A DNA stretch of 64,000 nt from Marsupella aquatica (taxonomy: Eukaryota > Plantae > Marchantiophyta). A program made the position numbers and the translations under genes. The stretch lies in contig OZ316896.1 in assembly GCA_973895155.1 (NCBI GenBank), positions 10,613,525 through 10,677,524 of the forward strand, read 5' to 3'. The notes beneath the pieces were generated by a model. It saw only the letters and a program-made list of their open reading frames with translations, was not told where the DNA came from and did no database searches. Within the stretch, counting starts at the first letter, position 1; every line of letters begins with the position of its first letter. Below are positions 52,371 through 64,000 of this stretch, piece after piece.

Positions 52371-53329
52371 TTTCATAGGGTTCTGAAAAAACTAGTATTT
52401 CTTTAGACAATGGGAGTCTGTTGTACTACAGCTCAAGCATCCATTATTCTTCACTGGACGTTGTTGCTTTTAGATTCTCTAAACAAATAGTTTTTCCTGA
52501 CCAGCTTATGTGGTTGACTCCACACAGCTCCAGCCTTCATTATTCTTCACTAGAGTTTATTAAATCTAGAGCCTCTACACAAATTATTATTGGTCACCCT
52601 CCTATGTGGTTTAGTCCATAGCTTTACCAGGCTTTCCAGTTTGCTACTCACCAGCGTTTCAGCTTTTCTGTCTTAGTAAGGGACTCTGAGTTTTTTGGGG
52701 CTCTTAGGGCTGTCTTGCATATGATGGCCCTTGGAATTCAGGCCTTCTACATTCCCTAACATGGAGTGAGCAAGTAGACATGGTTTGTCCACAAGATCTC
52801 TGTAAATTATGTGTATGATTTGCTCTTGCAAAGTAAAGTTCTTTGTTTGTTATGAAATTTGAAGGTCTTGAAGGGAAGGGCTGGAAATGTTGCAGCCCCT
52901 GCCCTTAGCCCGGGCCCTTAGTTTCTCTCATCAGCTGCCGTCAGGTCTGCCTAGGGAGATGGGTCAGACATGAAGCACTCTCTCAATGATAAAGTGACAT
53001 GAGTGAATAAAAGGGCCTATTTTTCAAGGACCCTGTACATGCAAGACGGCCCTTAGGTCTTCCTAGGTTTTTCCTTGTTTTCTCTTCTTGACTAGGGCAT
53101 CTCAAAGGTCTTGGTTTTGGTTCCGGTTACTGCCACACCAGTTTTAGGAAAACGTCAGACTCACAAACCCTCCTACCACTTGTGACCAAAGTCCATAACT
53201 CATACTTTCAGGCCAGGCTTTTTTTGCAGGCCGTCAGGTTGGAGGCGCCATTAAACTGGGTCCCTGCCTCTTAATTTGTCTCTTTTTGTTCTTTGGCAGT
53301 GTGATATTGATAAGCCTTTGCCGACTTAA

Positions 53330-53570
53330 TATGGTCATCTTTTTCATATGGATGTGTACAAGGTTTTTTTAGATAGTTTCTTTACCACTAGCCTCTATAG
53401 ACTTATGGTCATGTTTTTCATACGGTTGTGTACAAGTTTTTTTTTTACAGAGTTCTCTACCACTAGCCTCTATAGACTTGTGCATGCTTCTCATATGGTT
53501 ATGTAAAGTCCTGATAAAATATTTTTCTTTCTTTTTCCTTCACTGGCCTCTATGCGACTTGTGGTCATGG
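53330..53570. repeat. Tandem repeat, about 3 x 75 bp
   Basis: TGGTCAT.TTTTTCATA.GG.TGTGTACAAG...CCACTAGCCTCTATAGACTT units. Confidence 0.75.
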
Positions 53571-55731
53571 GATATGATCATTCTTTTAGGCAAACTGTAT
53601 GAATTATGAATTTGGTGGTCTATGAATTTTTTATCTAACCTTAACCTAGTGTACATCAAGTTTTGGGGTTTGAGACCCCCTGTTGTTACATCTGATTATC
53701 CCATAGTATGTGCACAAGGGCTGAGGAAGATGGTCCTTGCCTGCTCTTCTACGTGTAGCATGCAAACTGAAAAGCTCTTGCATTTATAGATAACAACTAC
53801 GTTGTAAGTGTAGGCACAAAAGATTTGCACTTCCACATACGTTGCCATAAGTGCATTAATGACTATTGTTAGATCTTACATCTGGGTTTCATGTGCTGGG
53901 TGGTGGGGGGGGGTGACTTAGGTAAACCCCCTCTCTGCAGGGTCTCTGAAGTTGTGTAGTTCTATTAATTGTGTGGTCCATCCAAGCATCAACTTCTCAC
54001 ATCACCCTTCAACATCAAAACTATGCAAAAAAGCTAGAACCCACACCCCACCCAAAAGCAAACACAAACTCACTGTTGATTTCACATAGTGAAGAGTAGT
54101 AGCAATTTCTGACTTTAGCGTGGTTATCTTTTGCTAAATTTGGTGAACATTCAGTGCCTTGCTTGAGGGATCAAAATCATGCAAAACTAGATCTTCAACC
54201 AAAAGATTGAGGCCAGTGATAATTGGAAAGCATCAAGAACCTCAATCTGTTTCATTATGCCTTGAATTGCCTTGAAGTCTAAGTTATTGCAACAATTAGA
54301 ATTTCAATATGTTCAAGGTTATCAGATATATATGACATGTTAGTAGAGAAACTTTGTGTGCACATCTTGAAATAGCAATAGGTATATGGTCACATTGGAA
54401 GTAATCCTTTTCACAAAAGCATTGGTTTGGATAGATCAAATGTTAATTTCTTGGCCATTACAAATTCAGGGTACACTAGTGGTGGTGAAGTGTTGTAAAT
54501 TGCCAGAGGTATAGGACCAAATAATTGCTGCCAGTGTACCAGAGCAGCAATGATTTCTTGAAATCACAAAGGCTTTGAATGAGAAAACCAATTAATAGTT
54601 CATTATTACTTAGCTGAAGGCTTGAAGATTGGGATTCAGGCACAAACCAAGGGCACAAACCATGACCATGAGGTGGAAGTAACCAACACTAATATGGTAG
54701 ATGCATCAGGGAGGTTGGAAGAGATAGATAATCCATTTCACTATGAGGTGCATAATACTGTTATTCAGGAAGAGTGGCAGCCAATTTGCTGTAAGAGAAG
54801 AAAATTGAATCACCCTTCCAAACATAGGGTATTGACAGCAGTTGCAAGACAAGAATACACATTCCAAATCAAATTGATTTACTAGTCTCCAAAACCCCAA
54901 ATAGGGCAAGGAACAGAAAGTACATGTCAAATAGACAATTCAGCTTACCAGATAGGTCACTAAGAGAGATAATATGATACATGGAGCATTAATGCATCAA
55001 AAGCCTCAATATAACTATCTACAAAACCTGCGCTATTGCTATTCTGAACCAAAATGTTGTTCATCTTCCACCAAGTCAAAAAATACAACACAAAGCCAAT
55101 CTTTCTGGGCAGTGGGTGAGCTCCCCAAACTAGATGTCAACTGTTTACCAATGTCACTTTGAAGAAGGTGACAGCATGTGAAGAGCCTCCTAAGTAGCAT
55201 TTGTTCTTCAAAGGCTCTTCCAATAAAGCTGTTTTTGCACTGTCACAGGCTAACAAAAGTCCCCCAAATGAAGAGTGGAGGCTCAAGATCATGGATCCAA
55301 TGCAAAGGGCAGTGTGGAATAACATTCTTCCATATTGAAAATTGTAAGTGACAAAGCAAGAGATGAGCTCAAATAAACTTGTGTCCTTCACCAGGTCAAT
55401 AGTACAAGGGCCCTGCTGACAGCCCAAATCTTTTGGATGGGTGTGTGTCTCCATTGGAGAAATTGGTTTCTCAAGGGAGCTTGCAAAATATATAGATCAC
55501 ATCGCAGAATGATGGTCACTTTGTGGCAACGTGTTACATGGAATCTTGTTGCAGGCATAGAAGGAGTAGAGATATTAACATCACTCCAATGTTAGAGAAT
55601 GCATTGGGAGTGATAGTGGCCCCATGAAGTATGGAAAGAAGACACCAAACTCCAGCTATCCAAAATCAAATCCTGTTGCATGATGCAAAACAGAACAATC
55701 CAACTAAGAATTTCACAAAATCAAGGTCCCA

Positions 55732-58700
55732 TCATCTCCCCACCATCAAGGCAGATTTTATGGGTCTCATTGATGAAGTTGGGTGTCTGATGGATGAATG
55801 TGTGGTGGTAGGTCTCATCAATATATTGGACGGGGGCCTCAGTCCTTGATTGGAGGAAGGTGCACTCTGATTCTTTCTCCTTTGTCTGTCAAAGGCCTCC
55901 TTTTCCTTTTGCTCCAAGTATGTTCTCTTGGCATTGTTGAGTTCTTCATTCAAGCTCCGAATTTCAGCTCTGTGTTCCTCCACTCGAGTCTGGAAACAAA
56001 ATGAATATATCTTAGGCTCCCATTGTCCTTGATACTCTCTTAGCAGCAAGAACTCCTCTTCTAATTCCTAGCTTGTGTTGACAACACTGGGCAATTGACT
56101 TTTTTGTAAGTGCAAGGAAAATTTGTATTCTAGTCAGCACAGCAAGTTTCAGCACAGCAAGTTTACTGCTACCAACTAACTTTAAATGGGATATGAGAAA
56201 ATTGTTCCCTTTACTAAAGAGCCTGGAGATGATCCTCAAATAAATAAAACAGGCAACCTTCAAATTGTTTGATAACAATCCTCAATGCATGGGGAAATTG
56301 GGAACCAACTTGGGAACTTGCTTGGGAAGCATTTTAATTGAGCAAAGTGCTTATGTTTTGGAATGAAACTCAGGAATGAAATAAAAGCAAAGGCTGAGAC
56401 GGGCAGTGACCAGGCTGCCCTGCTGCACCCTCAACAATCCTGTATAATTCTCTAGGACCTTGATACAAATTCAAACTAGGTATTGGACCTAGCGTTTAGG
56501 GTGCTCAACTCCCCAGATCATAGGGGCAAAGGAGGCTACAAATCAGCCAGCCACAAGTCAAAACTGGAAAAATCAGAAATGTGAATACCACATTGTGGAG
56601 CAATGATAATGATGCTAGTTAGTTTTGTTTCTGGCCTGATGGCGGACTTTAAATTAATATGATCACTTTGATTCCTAGCTATCAGTTTAGACTTCCCTGG
56701 CTAAGTACTCCCTGAATGGATGGGGATCTGTCAGAAAAGGCAGTGATAACCATATCAACAAAGAAAGTCAAAGTAGGCAACCTTTAAGTGCTATTCAAAT
56801 GGAATGCCACATAACATAACCCGAAAGAGTAAGTTACAAAATCTATCCTTGCTCTAGATGAAATCTCCCATATGTCCAATAGTAACAAGACAAAAACATT
56901 TGATGGTCTGTGAACTAGCTCCTGTTGAGCAGCAATGCGGGGAGCAAATCAGGAAATCTTATCCTCTTCTTGCTATAGCAAAATTTCAAATCACTTACGC
57001 TCTCTACTTTTGAGGGAGGGTAAGACATCATGCACTGCTCCATGATGAAAGTGAGGAGCTTTGCCTGATAAAGATGAAGTTCAGATGACATGGCTTTCAA
57101 TTGTCGGGTCTTATCAGCAAGCTTCTTAGAGTAGCTATCCAGCTGTTCTGCAGCCTCCTCTGGACTTGGCCGACGAGCTAGAAGAGCATGCATCTCAATA
57201 TACAACTTTTCCTTCTGTTGTATCAAAATGTCCTTGTCTAAGACCTGCACACTCCAGTAAATGGCAAATTTAGTTGACACCAGTCTTCAAAGATCAATGA
57301 TCCGTATAAATATCTCTTGAAAAACAAGTTAGCCTTGTAGACTAGCTTCCATACTTTTATTTCCTCAAGAGATAAAAATTTGTATGGTTTTGTCTCTACT
57401 ATAGAAAGGTCACATTCCAGTCCACTTTGTTGCAGACTGAACCCTCGATCAAGGTGATGCAACCTTCACTCTTGTCATCAGATTTTTTTAGAAGAAATTT
57501 ACTTATATAGTACTTCGTAACTTTTCAAAACTATTCAATCTAGAATTTAACATATAAAATATATGCACCATAGGTTATTTTCTGATACCTCCTCTAATGC
57601 ACTTCAATAGTATTGTAGAAATTGAACTTTGCAATCAATACTGAAGCGTATACTGAAGAGTAAATTATCCAGAAACATCTCAAACCACTAGACTTCCATT
57701 CTGACACAAGTATGTACCTCCTCAGTCTTTTGTATAAGACGCTTCTGAAGTGTTTGGATTTTATGTATCATTTCAAAGGTAGATGGATCAGTAGCCTGTA
57801 ATGTCCTCCACCGATGGATGTTTTGAGGAGTCTCCAATTCTTCGGACAATGCTCTGACCTGCAAATGGATATGAATTATGATACTAATTATGGTGAACAC
57901 CTTCTACCTTATTTTGTCTTATTAGAAATATGAGTTCTGAATTTTCTTTTAAATTTGGCCTAGTGTATCATTTCACTTTGTATTGGTTTGAATTTAACAA
58001 ATTATCTAACCCCTTTAATTATTTCAAGTTTATGATTTTCATTTGATTTGATATGTTTTACTGTGAATAGCTTATCATGTATTAGATGAGATTTTTTTCT
58101 GCCATTCATTCTCTATTGCACGAGATGGTCAGACTCACTCAGACCCAGTGCAAACACCAGAGATGCCCTGTAGGTTATATGTCCATTGGTGAAAAACTTT
58201 CCAAACCTTATGGTTTAGAGGTTAACAGGTGTCACCTAAATAGTGAATCTTTCAATAGGGCCTAAAAGTAGAGTACAAAGCTAGAGTATAAAGCTAACAT
58301 ACTTCTATGTCAAACACAAAATACTATACGGACCTCTAGGGTACATCTTACAAGTTATGTACTTGTTTTTCACCTAAAAAGTGCGGTAAAGGTGTGCATT
58401 TTTATTCTATTTATTTATTTGATTCACTATTTTAATGCATTTGAATACTATGCTATAATTGCTATTTGATAAACTATTTAAATTAATTGGTAGTTTACAA
58501 AGGATACAATTGACATTATTGTCAATAAGTTAAAATAGCCGTGTCTTAGAACGAACATGCTATATGACGTTTGTAAATCCAAGAAACACAGAACTTGCAA
58601 ATTCTGTTCTTCTTGGGTCCTTCAAACTCTCTAGAGTGTGGACTGACAACTTACTGACATGAAAGGACCATAAAGGCCTCATTTAATGGCTGCCACTACA

Positions 58701-61700
58701 TGGCAAATCAGAGCATATGGTGTTTTTCAAACACAACAATAGTACATGTTTGTAAATTACAACCAAATGTCCCTCCCAAAGACCTGCATGGCTTCCAATC
58801 ATGCAAATTCATAATCCAAACTCTTTTGTAATAAGCACAAAACCATCAAACTACAGATAGAAAGAACTAAAACCTTGAGTTGTTCCCTTGTGAGTTCACG
58901 GCCAACATTATGAATCTCCTTCTTCAACACACCAGATTGGTTGACTGCTGCAGAGAGAATGACATGCTCGCGCTTAAAATCTGTCAATTTCAACTTCAGT
59001 ACTCTCAATTCGTTTAGCCGTTCCAAGTATTGAAGCCGTCCTTTGTCAAGAGTTGCTTGTTGAACCCTTATTTTCTCATACACTAACTGCAACTCTTCTG
59101 TTCTTCGAATCAGCTACAGGTCAATAAACAAGCCAAACCATTCATTGCCCAGTCACAAAAGTATGAACCTGCTATTGATAAAGTTGTCCTATACTATTCA
59201 TAAATCCAAGTGTATATTGAGAGGTAAAACAAAGGATCCAAGCATGTGCACTAGTAAGGCTGAGAGGTGAATGAAGTAGAAAATAAGCAGCTCAAATAAT
59301 CACATTGTTTAAACAACAGTTCATGAAGATACATAATGACATCAGCGAATGAAGTAGAAATAAGCTTCTCAAAGAATCTCATTGTTTAAACAACAATTGA
59401 AAGATACAAATTGATATCAGCAATTGGAGATATTTTAAGTGCTAGTCTAGCTTGTAACTTGTGATAGAAAGCTACAGTCTAGAGCTTATGGTCTGGAGTG
59501 AAGCCTGTAGACCATGACTCTGGTATAGCTGTCAGTGTCAGGTGAGGCAACAATGGGGAGGCAACTGTGTCCCTGAGCAAAGCTCGGGCAGAGAGGCTTG
59601 TTGGTATCCATAAAATTTAGCTTGCAGAGCTAGAGAGAATGAATATCTAAGTCTGTTGGGCAAGCATATCAGAAAAGAGATTGAAATTATAGTACACTGA
59701 CCATTAACACCAAAGTTACTTCCAGATATTGCACCGAAGGAATATGACATTAAGTAGGTATCTTGCCGAGCCATTTTTATGGCAATTATACTCAAGGCAC
59801 AAAATCTACTCAGAAGTACATCAATTCTCAAAGGGCTGGATTGGAGTTTCAAAGAGAGTTGGCAAAGGCTCTAGCACAAAGCATCCACTAGTCTCCATAT
59901 ATAATGATGAATCTAGGTCCATTCTCCAAAGCATTCAATCATGGCTATACAATGATAATATAGTGATGTTGTCCTTTCAAGGAACTAGATTTCTTTTGGA
60001 AAACCAGCCTTGGAAATTTCATTGGCCCAATGATATGGATTTGTAGTAGTCTATCTCTAAGTGCGCACTCCTAGGAAGAAGCATCTGGTGTGTGCTTAAC
60101 GCGGGTTTGCAAGTCTATGTGATTGGTGCAAAAATGTGGAATTGTGCATTTATTGGTAAGAGCTACAGTGTCTCCTTGTGCAAGGGCCCCTCTGTCAGTG
60201 AACATTCTTGTGACTTCCAAACTAAATTGTACAACCTTGTCTCGATCGCTGTCCTAAAAATGTTCCTCTACCCCATAAGTGCAATTTTTACTCTACTTCA
60301 AAATGTCATGCATTTATCAGTAACTGTAGTTTAAGGTGATTGTGCGCTTATTGATAAGTGTTCACTACAATTATCAAAGATTTGCACTTAGTTGTTGTTT
60401 AGAAAAGCTTTACAGGCCAGTTTGCCCTAACCAAAGCCAGAAAAGTACAAACTCCGTTAAAGGGATGTGTTGCAGTTAGCCTTGTTTTGCAGTTATTGAA
60501 TGTGCACTTATAGAGAGACAACTTAATTGACTGCATCTTATCATTAGACTTGAGGGCTTGCTTCAGCCTGTGACAAGACAATATAAAAACTTATGCTTGT
60601 CTTGCACTAATTTTCTGGAGCACTTAAATTAACTAAGAAACGAGAGAACCCAGTGGATTTTCAGGCTCGACAAGAACCTGTGCTGCCAGCAAATCACGTT
60701 CTGACTTTATGATAGCAAACTCAGACTCAATGCGTTCTTTTTCAGCCTTCATCTGACTCATGAGAAAATCATGAGTTTCTATCCTGGCAGTATGGCCTGA
60801 TATTCTTTCCTCAGCTTCTTTAATCTGCTCTTGAAGGCTGCTCAACTGCCCATTCAAGATATCTTTTTCCTTACCAATCTACAACAATAGATAATCCCCA
60901 TATAAGTTAGGCAATGGGCATAGTTTGTAATCAGTAAATCAAAATTTGCTTGTTTATCAACACATTTTTCAATGTGCAAGCGATTATAGAAATTTCTAGA
61001 GAAATGTGAATCTAGTGCAAACTGGTATAGACAACAAGCCCTTTAGGTGAATCTAGAGCAAACTGGTATAGACAACAACCCTTCACTCTGGCTCCTTCAG
61101 CAAAGGAAACACATACCCGAGTAATGTCATCTACTCCTTTTTCAAGTTGGGTGTCAGCTAGAGAAAGTTGCTCCTTTAGATGGTCTATCATCTGGGTTGA
61201 GATTGCAAGCTTGTGTTTGGCCTCCCTAATCTCATCCTGGGTTTGCACAAGATGTTTACTGTAGTTGTTCTTCTCCACCCGAACACTCTCATACATGGCT
61301 TTCTGTTGCTTAATCTGCATTTGGCTGCCTTCTATCTTTTTCTGAAGTTCTATGATCCGATACTCCTTTTCCTGCAACTCGTCAAGTGCCTGTACTAAAC
61401 AAAATCTTTGGATTAGAGAACAAAATAAGACTTAAGTTTGTAATGTATTATCCCACTTTCTGTGAGTGTTGAGCTAAAGAATCTTGCATCATTCACATTT
61501 GAAACTTAAGTTGATATTCATTATCCACTGTCTTGCTTGAAAGGTTAAATCTTGGTAGCTTTCATGGTAGAAGCCATTGAAACTGGACAACAATGATTGT
61601 TCCTGGATGCATCATGACTACACAGCATTACAGATGAAGCTCATTTAATTTCAGCTAATAGTTGGCGGCTTCTGAAAGTCACCCATGTGAGAGCTATGAG

Positions 61701-64000
61701 CTTTCATGTTTTTTTTTCAGGGTCAAAAAGGGACAGTAGCAGCAAAATTAATGAGTCTGGAAGTTGATCATTCAAGTAAAAGGTCCAATCTCAAGGTTGT
61801 TGATGCCCTTGCAGATAAGATCATTATTTACATTTGGTAAAGCTGGGCAAAAACCAAATAATTAAAGTCCAAGATTAAGATTGCTTATCAACAAAGACCT
61901 TTAGTGATTTTTAGGCTATAATCTGGGCTTGAACACCAAGTTAGTAGAGTTGGCTAGTGGCATATTCTCAACACACAGTGCTGAAAAAAATCAGGACATA
62001 CTTTCAGATAGTTTTTTGCTGAAGTAGAAGCCTCCTCCCCAACCTTCTGATGTTCTTTTTCAAGTTGTTGAATCTGCTTATCTTGTTTTTTGAACTGGGC
62101 TTTGAATTGTTGTACCTCCATCTCCAGATTGTGTATTACAGTTTCCTTAACTCTGATACTGTCCATATGTTTGATTGACAATTCTTCAGCCTGCATCACA
62201 AGTGAATTTGAGCTCTTGGAAAAGAAAACAGAATTCGTAAAAAAATATGTCTATGATAGGTAACTGACTGGTCCACTAAGGCCCCTTCTCACTTGCAATA
62301 ATGCCATGACTCAGACCTACCATTGAGAGTGAAAACCAAAAAAAAAAATGAGGTTGTTAACCCCATCAGTTATTTCCATAACATTGAAGCTTGTAGGCCT
62401 TGCCAAACTTGAACACGTATTTGGCGGGAGAGTTTTTTTCTCTCAGCCCCATGCTGAGTTGGGAATTTTCTGCCTGGCTGGCCTTGTGAGACACATTTTC
62501 AACTTGACAGCCCCACTGAGTGGTCTTGGTAACCTTGCTGAGTAGAAAAGTTACAGTCACGCAAATAACTGTTGGGAGTAACTGATACTTGATATCGGCA
62601 ACTCATTACTGATTATGTTCCCATACTCATGCCTCGGTCATGGTGTTCGATAGCCATAGGGTTTCATATGACCAAGAGGGAATAGGCTACAATCATTGAA
62701 GACAAATTGACTGTAGGGCCTCATCCAATGGAGATGATTGTAGTGATAATTTTGTAATGGCCAGATTACTCCACTCAAGACTCTCATCAATCCCGCGTGC
62801 TGTAGATCTTCACCTCAGTCTTCATTTTTGTCAAGACGTCACGCTCCCTTACAACTTCTTCCAGCCTTTTCTTTTCATTCTCTGTAAGCTTCCGCTGTAT
62901 TTCAGCTTCCTTCTCCAGTTGAATGATATCATTCTGAAGTTTTATTTTTTCATCTTCAAGCTCTTCCCTTTGCTGTTCCGTAAGTTTAAGCTTAGTCATG
63001 GTGGCCTCCCTCACCTAAATACATCATCCACTATGAATTGTCTGAAAAATATTGGAAAGCAGATTAAAGACAGCATCTTACATACTCTTAATATGTGATC
63101 TCCTTGTGAGTGAAGCAAATATATAACTTGTCATTTCAAGGTTTGTACGTGGCTCCCAAGTCCAAAAGAAATATCCGCAAACTTGGCTACAAACCCTTAT
63201 CAAGATCAAAGATTTTTAATCACCTTCTTACAACATTGGTTTGGGTATAATGAGGGACCATTTGAAGGGCCAGAAGTTCTGTATTGCATTCTGATGGTTA
63301 AAAGGAACTAATCCTCAAGCTCAACTGGCATTAGTCGCTAGCAATTATGTTTAGATTACAATTTGGACATAACCTACAATAAGTTTTGCTCAGATAATGA
63401 TGAGTGCCTGCTAGGGAGCACAAGGTGAGGATTTTGAGTACCTTCTTCACTTTGATAAGCTCTTCCCTAGCAGCATCAAGTTCTTCTTCAGTTGCCTTCA
63501 ACTCTAACAATTTTGAACTATTCTCTGCTAGAAGTTGGGTGTTGGATTTGAGTTGGTCTTCTAGATCATTCTGCAGCTTAGTAACCTGACCACAACGTTG
63601 AAAATTTTGAAACCCAAGTACCATTAGTGCACCACTTATGCCACTATCTGAAACTAGTCATCAAACAAAGACCATGACTCGTTTCAAATGTCAAAGCCAC
63701 AAATAATGCTGACCTCTCTGTTAACATGCTTAAATCAATGGACTCATGGTCTCTCATGATCATGGAATGCAGAGCCCCAAAACATATTAGAAGCCTGCGG
63801 CATAGGCAAACTCAATGCGGATAACACAACGTTCTCAAAGGTTGTGTTTGACAAACAACTTTGGTCTAAACAACGGGTCTAAGTATAAACATCTCCAGTC
63901 AAAATAATGATATGGACCTGAACATGCAAGGCATCCATCATCTTGGTAGATCTGTCAGCGGCACTCTTTTGTTCTTGTAGAGCCGTTTCTAGCTTGGCAC
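55732..64000 (-). CDS. CFAP58: Cilia- and flagella-associated protein 58 (CCDC147), 3' part; gene runs past the window end
   Basis: Coiled-coil exons >64000-63918, 63585-63442, 63014-62814, 62190-62002, 61389-61117, 60878-60678, 59113-58874, 57858-57718, 57244-57065, 55989-55732. Hallmarks ERDLLAAQLIRRTEELQLVYEKIRVQQ and ALSEELETPQNIHRWRTLQATDP..FEMIHKIQTLQKRLI. Confidence 0.9.

Noticed and set aside
62366-62560. Possible extra CFAP58 exon
   Set aside because: The flanking exons (TKMKTE | AEELSIKH) join in frame and fit the CFAP58 pattern without it.

Overview
Eukaryotic nuclear DNA, most likely from a seed-free land plant with flagellated sperm (plant-type RH16, NHX and aspartic protease genes plus the axonemal gene CFAP58). 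About 1-30 kb is AT-rich, CpG-poor and packed with decayed mobile DNA and tandem repeats. On the + strand it holds, in order, an NSD/EDM2-type multi-PHD finger remnant (13.4-14.3 kb), a TET/JBP-like 2OG-Fe(II) dioxygenase remnant (17.5-17.8 kb) and an intron-containing IS3EU-type DDE transposase remnant (19.5-21.3 kb). A deleted Bianca-type copia element with a 5-bp TSD sits between the last two. A decayed minus-strand gene at 0-3.7 kb weakly resembles a beta-class amino-DNA-methyltransferase. About 30-64 kb is genic: a 15-exon DEAD-box helicase (RH16/DDX56), a partial duplicate of its exon 3 region, an intronless ependymin-related/At4g14100-like secreted protein, an intronless A1 aspartic protease, an intronless endosomal NHX antiporter (probable retrogene) and the 3' part of CFAP58 with a GC-AG intron. 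The best candidate for an undescribed system is a large, decayed DNA transposon carrying chromatin-reading and DNA-modifying cargo. All assignments were made by eye and need HMM or BLAST confirmation.
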